61,556 nucleotides of DNA from a virus (lineage: Duplodnaviria; Caudoviricetes), in IMG/VR virus record IMGVR_UViG_3300025165_000001, positions 1-61,556 of that record. The stretch is one strand, 5' to 3'. The notes under the pieces are model-generated. The model saw nothing but the letters and a program-made list of their open reading frames with translations. It did not search any database and had not been told where the DNA came from. A program made the position numbers and the translations under genes. Shown in pieces: positions 39,201 through 48,693 of this stretch (the first letter of the stretch is position 1; every line of letters starts with the position of its first letter).

Positions 39201-39515
39201 CACCAACGGCGCAGTCAATATCCCGACCTGATCCCACATGGCCTGCCCGATTGTCTTTATGTTGCCCCATGAAGATTCCGTTGGATCGTGGGTCTGTGCA
39301 ATCTTTACAAAATCATCCCAATTCTCCTGGACGTGCTTCAATGTTTGTTTCCAGTAGGCGTTGAATATCTGCCCATCAGCTACAAGGTCGTCAAGATTGT
39401 CATGGGCAAGCCTGCGCATCTTCTCGTTGCGCTCTGCCGCAGTCATGTACCCATCCCGGTAAGCCGCGTTGAGCTGCTCAGGGGTCGGACGTTCTTTTTT
39501 TTGCAGTTGAGGCAT
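36279..39515 (-). CDS. Large internal virion (ejection) protein, gp16-like position
   Basis: 1078 aa helical protein with FFFPFVKS motif; position after the tail tubular genes. Confidence 0.7.
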   Translation of the reverse strand: MPQLQKKERPTPEQLNAAYRDGYMTAAERNEKMRRLAHDNLDDLVADGQIFNAYWKQTLKHVQENWDDFVKIAQTHDPTESSWGNIKTIGQAMWDQVGILTAPLVAFSEVNGAVALRVALHNGASPGLAAVIATAVETGSNFVPIGKTAQLFAKAIQENVPELATGVSKFKGAFSDPAAGVTGAKSIAGVEGGWAPSAKVASEKIVDDAIEQGLKNDGVKIPLIAAEGEAPQIIQRLTPQDEFFKSLRAFQNQMAKMSERKAHAATQAEADKLGILLDDLKQLGGKAGLNESQILAYLKTMEGPLDEWAGLAKQVVDGVPDAIPLFNKKSQEIFGYLPNFRQQEKTAGRTVEILKESPAAKSVSSMLEGWDPESMAKLDFNAATMTMAEDVLQAQKDGKLKALIVAADQADQAGLKGAGWWAQTKEVFRNLLLATPITWARVFNGNLLASATDVAERGLAGRFSIDDINGVKKGEAMANFYGKMGAIGESLKAFADGFANQPVGRFDEQIHRAIPGVIGRIVNIPTGFVAGIDNLWKTLATRGDYRALAFRKGVERADKMVEAGTLAEGKPYWHFVADYAERRANLPTEDMRAHAVTVALNDSFQSELGKWGKSAQQFIQQGPLYFFFPFVKSGMNLVKWTAKRTPGVNLLGKSLYDDILAGGERADMAVARLTMGGLAAQFLYGLHQAGLSTAGGPTDTTLRRSWNKPSYSIMSGKGEWIPLKNVADPVSLVFEAINDFAEIHNQLDDPTAEQGLTTLGLVASRVLLDNTWWRTFGQIADVVGTIKSQESISDKAAKLAMGPITAVATGGPLGSRIVRSMDPVQREAKTWVDQARNGAFGPVFGYSDKMPYMRDGYGDPVLIPQAIGADWLNRNIGTWAGAALNLVSPITEVKQQPDRIKDEGARLQVKLPRFPWSLGGKVQDSFDVSTALPGDKLPVELTPQQRDRWQVIYRSNLRHPDNGIEAQLLNTPEWKGETEAAQRELFQGALARAREDAKNQLLAEDTDLAKKALKADASQVLPMLKEADRQKAQGQVGLALDLLDSMAPEARDNLMRWQAPDDSGAQRDNQVIQGLDQY

Positions 39516-39516
39516 G

Positions 39517-40872
39517 TTAATAACTTAGGGCTGCACCGTGCTTTTGCTCGATAGCTTTAAGTTTTGGATCTGTCTGTTTTATCAGCGTGTCGAGCAACGC
39601 CTTCGCCGCCTCCGGCCCTTCTTTACGATAAGTATCCTCAATGCGCGCCTTGTCGCGCTGCTGCATACTGCCGAATCTCTTTTTGAGAAATGGGTTTTCA
39701 TCAACATATGCCTCGTAGGTAGTTTTCAACTGAGAAATGGCGCGGTTCTCCTTGGCAATCGCATTTGCATCTCGCGAAATGCCTTGATTCTCCATCGCAG
39801 TCTGATCGCTCTGCAATTCGTTCGCCGCCTTGCTGATAAGCGGATTTGCCCGGTCGCTTTGACCCTGTAGATGTTGGAGCTTCGCGCGCGTTGCTCTGAT
39901 TCGCGGCAAATTGCGCTCTCCAAGGTAGTATTCACTCATGATCGCCTGGACGCTATCGCCGCCCGCGCCGCTCGGCGGATTGTCGTTGACGGTTTTCAAT
40001 GCCCTCGCTTCAGCCGGCGTAATTCCTGGAATCTCGTCACTGAGGGCCGCCTGTAACCATGCCTCAGATAATTTTCCGTTGTTCGCCTGTCCGCCCGCAA
40101 TTCTTAGCACAATTTTCTTAACTTGATCCCTTACTCTGTCTTGTGCCTTTTCGTCATCCTCCATCTTTTTTCGTGCGGTTTCACGCCGTTTCAAAAGTTC
40201 CTCGGCACCAAGGCCCTTAAAATCTCCCGCATCGGCAGCATTCAAAAAGCCCGGTGCATTGGTTAAAATCATGGTATCAGCGCGGTTCGTAAGAACCTTT
40301 TTGTCAAAGTTTCTCAGTTCGCCTTGCGGGTCTTTGAGAAATCCTCTTGCAGCCATAGTGCCGGTGAGATCCCCAAACATTCTGGCAACGCCCGCCTGGT
40401 TTTCATTACTGTCAGCGATCGTCGCGGCGGTGATAAGTTGATCCGTTGCCGCCTTGTAGTCGTCAATTGCCCTGTCTTTGGTCTTGACTCGTCCCAGATG
40501 TTCGATCTTGCCGGTCAGGGCGATCGCCACGTTCGAAAGTCTATTCTTGATTCTAGTCTTGGAGACGTCGCTGCGCGCGGTATCGTACTTGGCGTCGAAG
40601 ATTTCCTGCTGTGCCTGCTTGCTCTGTGCCTCGAATTCTTTAGGGTCCGTAACGGTATCGTTCAACTCGGAGAGTTTGGCATCCCAGGACGCCTTGATAT
40701 CGCTCGCGATCTTTACAGAATCCGCCTCGTCCGCACCATCCTCCAGCTTCCAAAGCGTTTTCCCGAAATCCCGTACCGCCTGACCCGCATACTGCAAGGC
40801 GTTCGGCCCGACGCGCGGTGCGCTGGTGTCGACCTGGGGAACCTGTGGGGCTATTCTTAAAAGTTGTGCCAT
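39517..40872 (-). CDS. Internal virion protein, gp15-like position
   Basis: Helical, Ala/Lys/Asp-rich; synteny. Confidence 0.6.
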   Translation of the reverse strand: MAQLLRIAPQVPQVDTSAPRVGPNALQYAGQAVRDFGKTLWKLEDGADEADSVKIASDIKASWDAKLSELNDTVTDPKEFEAQSKQAQQEIFDAKYDTARSDVSKTRIKNRLSNVAIALTGKIEHLGRVKTKDRAIDDYKAATDQLITAATIADSNENQAGVARMFGDLTGTMAARGFLKDPQGELRNFDKKVLTNRADTMILTNAPGFLNAADAGDFKGLGAEELLKRRETARKKMEDDEKAQDRVRDQVKKIVLRIAGGQANNGKLSEAWLQAALSDEIPGITPAEARALKTVNDNPPSGAGGDSVQAIMSEYYLGERNLPRIRATRAKLQHLQGQSDRANPLISKAANELQSDQTAMENQGISRDANAIAKENRAISQLKTTYEAYVDENPFLKKRFGSMQQRDKARIEDTYRKEGPEAAKALLDTLIKQTDPKLKAIEQKHGAALSY

Positions 40873-40873
40873 T

Positions 40874-42370
40874 TCAGTTCAGCAAAGTGCATCGCAGTAC
40901 GGAACCTGCGAGAAACTTGTTATCACTCGCGTTAGCCGCGTTCTGCGCCCATTGGAGTTGAATATCGCCCGCGGCGGCATCGGTCGAAGCTAATCCCCAA
41001 AGCGTTACGCCCCCAGTGACAGCGGCGGACCCAAACGCATAGGTTCCACCAGCCGTCAATAGAGCGGTAGGGGATGATCCGGCAGCCGATGGTCCAAAAT
41101 ATCTGGCCGTATTAGTAGTCCCGGTCATAGTCGCCTGCGGCCCCCATACCATCGTCGTCGCGGCAGGCACGGTCCACCCTACCTTGAAGCGCGATGTGGT
41201 ATTTTCCGCGCTCACGGCAGCAATAACCTCGACTAAATATCGCTTGTTGGCCACGACCGCGCAAAGCAACTCATCGTCGTCCTGAAGTGCGGCTGAGGTA
41301 TTGACAGTTTCATCTGCGGTTTTGACCACAAGGACAGTCTGGGCAACATCCGGTGTGCCGCAGTCCCACCCACTCGCCTGAGCCGAATCGGCAACCAGGC
41401 TGACACCATCGGCGCATACCGGAAGCCGTATCGAATTTGTTCCGTCATGGGTCAGGATATCGCCCTTGGTAGTCAGTGGGTCCAGGGCGTTGAACGTGGC
41501 TACTACGCTGGCTCCGGGAATGTTCAATGATGTAGCCTCGATATCGCCAGCACCTACCACGCCTAGGTGGCCGAAATTGGACACCTGCACGCCATCGCTT
41601 GTGCCTTGCGCAGTGACCCTAAGCGGATTGATATTTGAGCCCGCCGCAGTATCGAGCTGAAGCAAAGGGCCGGTTCCCGTGTTGCCCGCCGCGCTGGATA
41701 GCCGGAAAGCTGGGTTCGCGCCGGTATTCGCGCTCCAGCTAAAGGTCGAACGGTTGGCGCCCATGGCCAATGATGCGTTCCCCGCCGGTGCTGTGATTTG
41801 ATCCCATTGATTTGCGGTAGCCGCTGCCGTATTCAAGTCCGTACCGCAGGAAATCGCGCCCGTAACATCGAATCCGATCATCTTTTCTGTTGCTTCACAT
41901 TCGTTGGGCAATGCCGTCAGGCTGTAGCCCTCCACCATCTTATAGGCTCTGGTGATTTGCTCCTGGAGCTGCTGGGCAAGCGCCGTGAGACGATCGAGGT
42001 TCGCCATGACCGCGGTGGCGCTATATGCCGAGTTCGCGGCGTAGTTTGTGCTCTGAGCGAGCGGGCCATTGCGCAAGAGTACGACCTTGGTGGCGTCAGC
42101 CGGAGCCGTAAGAAAAGTTACTGTGCCCCCAGTGCTATTCCCGACACCGCTGATCGTATAGTGCGTGCCGAGCGTTTTTGTCACGCCGTCAACGAGCACC
42201 TTGATATGAGCCTGGTCGAGGAGTTTCCAATTGTACGTGAACGCAGTCGTCGAGGCATCGCCAGTGTAGGAATCCAGGGCGTCATCCGCTGGCATCGTCG
42301 CGAAGGTTTCATTGGGAACCGTCGAGACCGACGCAAGGGCAAGAAATAAGATCAGAAGTAATTTTTTCAT
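40874..42370 (-). CDS. Tail fibre protein with T7 gp17-type N-terminal adaptor, preceded by a signal peptide
   Basis: YTGDASTTAFTY...IKVLVDG...GTHYTI...GGTVTFLTAP...LDRLT..AQQ; N-terminus MKKLLLILFLALASVSTVPNETFA. Confidence 0.85.
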   Translation of the reverse strand: MKKLLLILFLALASVSTVPNETFATMPADDALDSYTGDASTTAFTYNWKLLDQAHIKVLVDGVTKTLGTHYTISGVGNSTGGTVTFLTAPADATKVVLLRNGPLAQSTNYAANSAYSATAVMANLDRLTALAQQLQEQITRAYKMVEGYSLTALPNECEATEKMIGFDVTGAISCGTDLNTAAATANQWDQITAPAGNASLAMGANRSTFSWSANTGANPAFRLSSAAGNTGTGPLLQLDTAAGSNINPLRVTAQGTSDGVQVSNFGHLGVVGAGDIEATSLNIPGASVVATFNALDPLTTKGDILTHDGTNSIRLPVCADGVSLVADSAQASGWDCGTPDVAQTVLVVKTADETVNTSAALQDDDELLCAVVANKRYLVEVIAAVSAENTTSRFKVGWTVPAATTMVWGPQATMTGTTNTARYFGPSAAGSSPTALLTAGGTYAFGSAAVTGGVTLWGLASTDAAAGDIQLQWAQNAANASDNKFLAGSVLRCTLLN

Positions 42371-42609
42371 GTGTACCTCAATTCAACGTACCGATCTGCC
42401 CCGATCCATACCACCGCCGCAGTGTTGACTCCCGATCCCAGGCAGTCTGGGGGTTGAGGCTCAACTCGCTCGCGATCGCGCCACGGTTCTTCGCAGGAGC
42501 ATTCATGACCGTGATCGCATCAAGTGGCCCACGGGTTGTCGGGATAATCCCCATACCTATCAGCGGTGCGGCTATATTTTTCATGATCCGTATCCACTCC
42601 AACTCACGT

Positions 42610-43047
42610 CTAGGGAGTTTGCGACGCCTTGTACCACTTACCCCCGATGGACGCGAAATCGCCTATGCCTTCCCATAACGCAGCCCCCGCTTTGCTTCGA
42701 GCGTTAATTCCGCCCCATTGGGCTTGACGCTTCTGTAAATCGTAGGCATATCGATTCCATGCGCGATTTTCGCCGGAGGTGTAGGCGTTTAGAAGTTCAA
42801 ACTCTAATGGAGAGCCAGACCCAGATGCTACGCCACCAGCTTCCGTTCTGGCCTGATTTTTAGCTAACGCCCAAATCTCCTGTTTTTCGGCCGCGGCATC
42901 TGCGGCCCGCTTCTGCGCCTGGATTGCGGCAACCTCATCTTTAGATTGCTGCTGGGCTTGACTTGCCTGAGCGACACCGCCAGCCATTGACGCAATCGTC
43001 CCAACGGCTTGGATGATCATCGGAATGAAAGGTACTATTTGAGCCAT
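42610..43047 (-). CDS. Internal virion protein, gp14-like
   Basis: Hydrophobic Gly/Ala N-terminus, AGGVASGSGSPL motif; synteny. Confidence 0.7.
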   Translation of the reverse strand: MAQIVPFIPMIIQAVGTIASMAGGVAQASQAQQQSKDEVAAIQAQKRAADAAAEKQEIWALAKNQARTEAGGVASGSGSPLEFELLNAYTSGENRAWNRYAYDLQKRQAQWGGINARSKAGAALWEGIGDFASIGGKWYKASQTP

Positions 43048-43458
43048 TTATTTCACCCAAGCGAACCGAAAGTAGTCTTCTCCGCCCCTGTACTTGCACA
43101 TCTTTCCCTCGGCCACAAAACCTAGGCGCGACAACCAGGTGCAGAATCTTGGTTGCGCCAAAGTCTCGGCCTCCAGCCTGACGAGCCCCATGGCATCACG
43201 CACGGCGGGAATAAGTGTCGTGACGTGCTTTTGTATCCGGCGCATGATCAGCGGGCTCGCCCGCGCGCCCTCTGTGTGCAGCGTCCAAGCCTTGCCGACG
43301 TTATCCCACAGGCGCACGATACCACCGGCGGCTACCGGCTCGCCGTCGGCAAGCAGGCAGAAGCTTGGCCCAGACACGCGCATACTGTTTTGCATCGCGT
43401 TAGTCTCCCCCATCTGGTGAAGGTGGATGAGCTTGAGGGTTACGAGTTCGATTTTCAT
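43048..43458 (-). CDS. GNAT-like virion protein (T7 gp13 position)
   Basis: PVAAGG...GKAW...RLEA...WLSRLGFVAEG.M.KY. Confidence 0.7.
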   Translation of the reverse strand: MKIELVTLKLIHLHQMGETNAMQNSMRVSGPSFCLLADGEPVAAGGIVRLWDNVGKAWTLHTEGARASPLIMRRIQKHVTTLIPAVRDAMGLVRLEAETLAQPRFCTWLSRLGFVAEGKMCKYRGGEDYFRFAWVK

Positions 43459-43492
43459 TGCTAAGTTGATCCGTCTATAGTAATTATGGCCT

Positions 43493-44107
43493 ATGAAACA
43501 AATAAACCTCTCTGGGAGAATTTTCGGTGCCTGGACCGTAGTTGCCTTTGATCGCCGAACGAAACACCATTATCGCTGGACTTGCCGCTGCCAATGTGGA
43601 GCAACTAAATCTATACGTCGCAGCACGCTGACTAGCGGCGAAACTCAAAGCTGCGGCTGTCAGCGGGCGGAGAAGGCTTTCCGTCACGGACTGTCGCAAA
43701 CGCGCACCTATCATACATGGGCCAGCATGAAAGCCCGTTGCTATAATCCAAGGAATGGAAAGTATCCGCTCTATGGTGGAAGAGATATTCGAGTATGCCA
43801 GCCGTGGATAGAGGATTTTAGAAATTTCGTAAAGGACATGGGCGAGGCGCCCAAGGGAAAAACGATTGATAGATTTCCGAATAACAACGGCAACTACGAG
43901 CCTGGAAACTGCCGATGGGCTACGCCAAAAGAACAAAACCGCAATAGGCGAGACAATCGGTTGATTACTTATGACGGAACGACGTTGCCTCTGGCCGAAT
44001 GGGCAGAAAGGGTCGGCCTGAAACCCCACTGTCTTCGTAAGCGTTTGTATGTTCATAAATGGCCCGTCGCGACTGCTCTTTTTAGGAAATCTCATCTCCA
44101 AAGCTAA
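43493..44107 (+). CDS. HNH-type homing endonuclease inserted antisense in the tail operon
   Basis: CRCQCG, SCGC, HG..TRTY.TW.SMKARC.NP, YGGR.I.VC..W, TIDR..NNGNYEPGNCRWAT. Confidence 0.85.
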   Translation: MKQINLSGRIFGAWTVVAFDRRTKHHYRWTCRCQCGATKSIRRSTLTSGETQSCGCQRAEKAFRHGLSQTRTYHTWASMKARCYNPRNGKYPLYGGRDIRVCQPWIEDFRNFVKDMGEAPKGKTIDRFPNNNGNYEPGNCRWATPKEQNRNRRDNRLITYDGTTLPLAEWAERVGLKPHCLRKRLYVHKWPVATALFRKSHLQS

Positions 44108-46547
44108 CGCGCCCCGAAATCCCCAGTATCTGCATAGGGTAGGGCTGTGTTTGTTGAATAGTAAGAGCACCGTCGAAGTCGTCGTCGGTTCTCACATTCT
44201 CCATGCTCGCCAGCCCCGTAAAGGGTCGGGTCGTTCCAGTTGGTTTCAGGGGCTTACCGTTCAGGGTGCCGCCAATCGTATTTTTTAACCGGACTCGAAC
44301 TATATCCCACGCACGTTTCAATGGCTCTGTGACTTCGTTCGGTATCGCAGGTCTGAGCGTGGTCAGCGTCGAGGTGAAATGAAGTCCAACCTCGTACACC
44401 GTGTCGTTCTCCGGTGCCTCATCAGCATCAAGCGTGACGACACCGCCAGTTACCACCTTTTGCGCGATGGCATTACTACCGATAATCACATCGACCGTCT
44501 CGCCTTCGAGATGATCAAGCCCTGAGATCGTAGTTGCGGCAGCGGCGATCGTGCCCACCTTGGCGCAATCCGTTTGTAGGTCGGAAAAGGCGCGCGCTGA
44601 CATCGTAGATGAGTCATCCTCGAAGTATTCCCAGAAACGTTTGGTCTCGCCGTTAATGGTGCGTTTGACGATGCAAAGCATGGTTTGCCGCTTGCCGCCC
44701 TCGTGAGGAAGAACAATGACGCTTTCAATATCGCCATCAGTCACGGTGCGCGCCCAGGCAAGAATCTCCTGCCGCGGCTTGAAAGTAAGTCCCGCTAAAT
44801 GGCCATTGTCCAACGGGTAGAAGATTATCGAATTAGGTTTCTGCCAATACGCCGGAGCATGTTTTGCAAATCCCATATCGCTGATCTGGCGCGCGAACAG
44901 AGTGGGCTCACTCGGCACGAAACTACTGGCGTCCGGTGAGTCCTGAAGCGAATAGGCTAACTGCACTATGTCACGACCGTAGCGTTGTATAATCAGGATG
45001 GCATTATCAACAACGATAGGTTGAGCGTGCATCGATCCTGCTTTACTGATCTTGGAAACAAAAGGCGTCTCGTCGCCGCCGAGAGGCGCATCCGCGCCTT
45101 GCCCCCTGGCTGCGTATTCTTGTTTAGCATTACCGATATAGAGGGATCCCAGAGAAACAAGCCATTGGAGCGGGTCCAGCCCGCCGTCGTTAAACGTGTA
45201 TTCGTAAGCGTCCGTTGGGAGTGCCCCGGTGGCAAAATTATAGATATCGTTGTAGCTCGGCCCCCAGAGCGTCTTGGGCTGAGTCGGCGTGCCTGCAAAT
45301 ACCAAGCGGCCCTGATGAATCGTAACCGTTTGCGGTCTCCCGCGCGTTGCCGACCAACTCGATTCTTGCAAACGCCATGCGCCAGCGGCTACGGCATCCG
45401 GGTTGGCGCCAGATGCGTCCGTAAGAATGGATTTGATTACGCCCTTCCCACCAGTCGGACTCGTAACCTCGGTGATTTCTATGGTGCCGCCCAACAACTT
45501 AACGAACTTGCCCGCATAGGCGGTGCGCAGAGCCGCTACGCCGCTAGTTGTAAAAGTCACTACGCGACCCACGGGTTCCTTTTTGTTCACGTCGAAAGCG
45601 ACCTGCGGAGCAAGGCGCAATAACCATCCACTTGCGGCGAACCCGCTGATCAAATCCCAAGTCACACCGGCTTGTCCAGCCGAAAAAGCCGCGTCGATCT
45701 CGAATGTGTCCGGTGTAGGTACGGCTGTAATCATGCGGATCTCGCCCGCCTGTGCTCCGCTCGTGAGTAGGACGGCATTCCCGACTTCGGCAACATGCCC
45801 AACAACCGTAACGGTAGTTCCGGCACTGGAAAGTGCTACCGGATCTGCGGTGATGGTCTGCGCGAAATCATCGAGCATGTCCACGGTCGCTTGACGGGCG
45901 TTATCGATCGCTGTAATCACGGCGCGACCAGTGCCCGCAATGAGTTGCCGCCCCTCATCGCCAGCCAGGAGCACATCGGACACCGTGCGAAACTTGATAT
46001 CCATGCCGGTATTAGCCCCGAGAGCGCCGGCTACGGCTAAATCCTCATCGGCATCGAATGAGGGTGGAGGATCGGCGTTGAAATTCGCCAACGTCCAGTT
46101 CGCGTCGGTGATTCGGGCAAGTTTCTGGATATCGTATGCTGGATTCGGATTGCACATGAAGATAAAGTCCGCACTCTGCTGGTAGTGAATGTCGCGCAAG
46201 TCTGCTTCTTGATACGGGCTGGTCAAAATCTCAAAAGGAACAACACCGTCAAGAACTGGTGCGCGATTTTTCAAAAAACGAAAATAACCCTCGCCCGCCT
46301 CTATCCCAAAGGCGTCGGTAACATCGTGCTCAAACGGTATAGCCATCGTGAACTTACTCGAATCCTTGACCTCGCAAATATACTGCAAGCCCGGCCTGCG
46401 GATAGAGCCGCCTTCAGGAAGAACCCAGAAGTTCTCCATGACGCGCACGCCGTTGTATCTTTTCGCGACGTCCGTGCGCGCTTCGATCTCTTCGGAGACT
46501 TCTCCTTGAGCAAGGCTGACCTGAACGAGTTTTGCTTTTTGTGCCAA
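44082..46547 (-). CDS. Tail tubular protein B (nozzle)
   Basis: 821 aa; SLAQGEVS...RTD, NFWVLPEGG..RRPG, QSAD, HQGRLVFAG, AWAR, YEVGLHF. Confidence 0.9.
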   Translation of the reverse strand: MAQKAKLVQVSLAQGEVSEEIEARTDVAKRYNGVRVMENFWVLPEGGSIRRPGLQYICEVKDSSKFTMAIPFEHDVTDAFGIEAGEGYFRFLKNRAPVLDGVVPFEILTSPYQEADLRDIHYQQSADFIFMCNPNPAYDIQKLARITDANWTLANFNADPPPSFDADEDLAVAGALGANTGMDIKFRTVSDVLLAGDEGRQLIAGTGRAVITAIDNARQATVDMLDDFAQTITADPVALSSAGTTVTVVGHVAEVGNAVLLTSGAQAGEIRMITAVPTPDTFEIDAAFSAGQAGVTWDLISGFAASGWLLRLAPQVAFDVNKKEPVGRVVTFTTSGVAALRTAYAGKFVKLLGGTIEITEVTSPTGGKGVIKSILTDASGANPDAVAAGAWRLQESSWSATRGRPQTVTIHQGRLVFAGTPTQPKTLWGPSYNDIYNFATGALPTDAYEYTFNDGGLDPLQWLVSLGSLYIGNAKQEYAARGQGADAPLGGDETPFVSKISKAGSMHAQPIVVDNAILIIQRYGRDIVQLAYSLQDSPDASSFVPSEPTLFARQISDMGFAKHAPAYWQKPNSIIFYPLDNGHLAGLTFKPRQEILAWARTVTDGDIESVIVLPHEGGKRQTMLCIVKRTINGETKRFWEYFEDDSSTMSARAFSDLQTDCAKVGTIAAAATTISGLDHLEGETVDVIIGSNAIAQKVVTGGVVTLDADEAPENDTVYEVGLHFTSTLTTLRPAIPNEVTEPLKRAWDIVRVRLKNTIGGTLNGKPLKPTGTTRPFTGLASMENVRTDDDFDGALTIQQTQPYPMQILGISGRVSFGDEIS

Positions 46548-46548
46548 A

Positions 46549-47193
46549 TTATTCTCTGATATCGTCAGTCAAAAAACTACACGTCATTTGTTCAGTCGGA
46601 TTTTCCTGGCCATCAACTGCTTTCGCGTCGAGCAATTGCATCTGGTAGAGCTTAAAAAGATCGCTCGCCTTTTCTTTGTCCGTATTAAGCGCCGGTGCGA
46701 GCCTTACGGCAAGAAACGTTACGAAGGCTTGATGAAACATTCCATCCCAGATGTTCGGATCGTCCACCCATTTGATGTATTCAATAATAACCGTGGACTC
46801 ATCGGTGAGAAGATTGCGCCCTTCTATTTCCCATTTGGGATAGCGAAACGTCGGCCAGACCGGCGGCCCGCTTTGCACCGAGGTCGAACGCGAATCGTTG
46901 TTGACTTGCAAGACGCGAAAACAATCCGCCGGCAAGGCGTAGGCGTAAGTCCAGTCGGAAATTGGCGCTGTGGCGTTCTGCGCCAATTGAACGCGGTCCT
47001 TGGCGAAGTTCCATGGATGGTCCCGAAGCATCGCGCGAAGCAACGAAACAAAATACTGCTTGCACTGGACGGCTACCGGATCATCGGTATCGTCAAGATC
47101 GGTGATCGGTGCCCGGCCGAGTTGGCCCAATGCCTCACTAGCCACAGCGGCGGGGCTTGTTTCGAAGATTACGCTCATACGGCACGCTCCCAT
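46549..47193 (-). CDS. Tail tubular protein A (adaptor)
   Basis: ALGQLG, LRDHPWNFA, YAYALPADC, WEIEGRNLLTD, LAVRLA. Confidence 0.9.
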   Translation of the reverse strand: MGACRMSVIFETSPAAVASEALGQLGRAPITDLDDTDDPVAVQCKQYFVSLLRAMLRDHPWNFAKDRVQLAQNATAPISDWTYAYALPADCFRVLQVNNDSRSTSVQSGPPVWPTFRYPKWEIEGRNLLTDESTVIIEYIKWVDDPNIWDGMFHQAFVTFLAVRLAPALNTDKEKASDLFKLYQMQLLDAKAVDGQENPTEQMTCSFLTDDIRE

Positions 47194-47891
47194 TCGAACC
47201 GTAGCGGGTTTTCCGGCCTGTACGGTACACGTTTGGCGCGCAGCGCGGGGTTCGTAGTCCAGTCATATCCCGAACCTCGGCGCCCCCATTCCCGCGTTGA
47301 AGCATCGGGGATATCGTTTCTTCCGTAGTGAGTGAGATATACGTCAGACAGGTCGACGTGCTTCGCGACGCGGCTTAAATTCGCCCTGAACGCCCCTTCT
47401 CCGGCGCCCCACCAACCGCTGAAATCCTCGTCCGTGCCACCAACCAACCAATAGAGGCTGCGTTGCAAGACGTAGCTGTTGTGATGCGGAGGCAGGCCGC
47501 GACCGTCGGCCCATTCACGAGCCAACCAGTAGAAAGTTCCAGGCTTCAGGCTCGGGAGAACAGCGATCAGCTTTTCGGCATCGTCTTTTTGGAGCAGGTG
47601 ATCGATATCCGTCAGCAGACACCATCCGTCCGGGGCGACGTGCATGCCGAGATTGCGGGCTCCGGGTATATTCCAGACTAGATTTTCCTTGATCCGATAG
47701 CACTCCACGGGAAAACCGACATCGTAAATATGCCCTGCGGCGGGATCGTTCTGGCTGCCGTCGTCAACGATTATGGCGCGAAGATGGGCTTTCACGGCCG
47801 GGGTGTAGCTGGCCCATTCCATCATGTGGCGGTCCAACATGCCCCCGTTCTCGTAGTATGATAAAACGATTGTGATCATCGTTTCTTGCAT
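47175..47891 (-). CDS. Glycosyltransferase (GT-A fold, GT2/GT7-like)
   Basis: IIVDDGS, ARNLG, LLTDIDH, GGTDEDFSGWWG. Confidence 0.85.
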   Translation of the reverse strand: MQETMITIVLSYYENGGMLDRHMMEWASYTPAVKAHLRAIIVDDGSQNDPAAGHIYDVGFPVECYRIKENLVWNIPGARNLGMHVAPDGWCLLTDIDHLLQKDDAEKLIAVLPSLKPGTFYWLAREWADGRGLPPHHNSYVLQRSLYWLVGGTDEDFSGWWGAGEGAFRANLSRVAKHVDLSDVYLTHYGRNDIPDASTREWGRRGSGYDWTTNPALRAKRVPYRPENPLRFEWERAV

Positions 47892-48070
47892 CTCTCAATC
47901 ACGTCAATCATCTGCGTGCACAATACTAATCCTAAAAAGATCGGCACCATCCAGGAGAACGGGTGATAACCGAACAAGCGCTCAGGAAGCGTCGGGTCAA
48001 CGATGGCGACGACGAATCCCGACAGTAGAAAACTCGCCAAGGCACAATCCATGATTGAGCTGATCTTCAT
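47876..48070 (-). CDS. Small two-TM membrane protein
   Basis: GGAGG RBS; two hydrophobic segments. Confidence 0.55.
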   Translation of the reverse strand: MKISSIMDCALASFLLSGFVVAIVDPTLPERLFGYHPFSWMVPIFLGLVLCTQMIDVIERCKKR

Positions 48071-48087
48071 AGAATACCTCCCCAGTT

Positions 48088-48693
48088 TTATCCCAAGTAC
48101 CTAAACGCTGCCGCCGTAGTGCCGCCCATGCGGTCGGCAAACAATTCGAACTCTTCTCCGTGTTCTGCCATGTACTTCTTCTGGGCGCCGTATTGCTCAC
48201 CGCCCTTTTCGTCAAAATGAAAATCCTGCAAAACCAAAATAGCCCCCGGTACGAAGTGCGGGCGAAAGATTGTCATCGCGTGCTGCCAGATCGGTTCGAT
48301 CTTTGTGGCGTCGTCTACGTAAAGTCCTATCGGATATCCGGGCCACTTAGCCTCTCTGATATCGCCACGGTGATAATTGATTTCCACATCGAAGGGACTC
48401 AGGGCCGTTTGAACGCGCGCCAGCGTGTTTTCACCGAGCGCAAGATGAATGCCGTAAGCCGCAGCCTTTTCTGTCTCAGCCGCTGTAGCCATCCAGCGGT
48501 CATAGACATGAATCGGTGCGCCACTCTCCATGGCGCCCAACGCAAGTTGCGCAGTACCGGCCCCAAGCCAGCAGCCAACCTCGACAATAGCTGCCCCTTT
48601 GACAACAGCAGCCGCGTAAGCTTCGAGCCATTCACCGATCTCGACGCCCCCTTGGCTTGCAAATGTTTTGGCATATGCTCTCAGATCCTTCAT
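48088..48693 (-). CDS. Class I SAM-dependent methyltransferase
   Basis: IVEVGCWLGAGT, LYVDD, GAILVLQD. Confidence 0.8.
   Translation of the reverse strand: MKDLRAYAKTFASQGGVEIGEWLEAYAAAVVKGAAIVEVGCWLGAGTAQLALGAMESGAPIHVYDRWMATAAETEKAAAYGIHLALGENTLARVQTALSPFDVEINYHRGDIREAKWPGYPIGLYVDDATKIEPIWQHAMTIFRPHFVPGAILVLQDFHFDEKGGEQYGAQKKYMAEHGEEFELFADRMGGTTAAAFRYLG

Noticed and set aside
43484-44170. 228-aa - strand ORF co-oriented with the tail operon
   Set aside because: The opposite strand encodes a clear HNH endonuclease; this frame has no motifs
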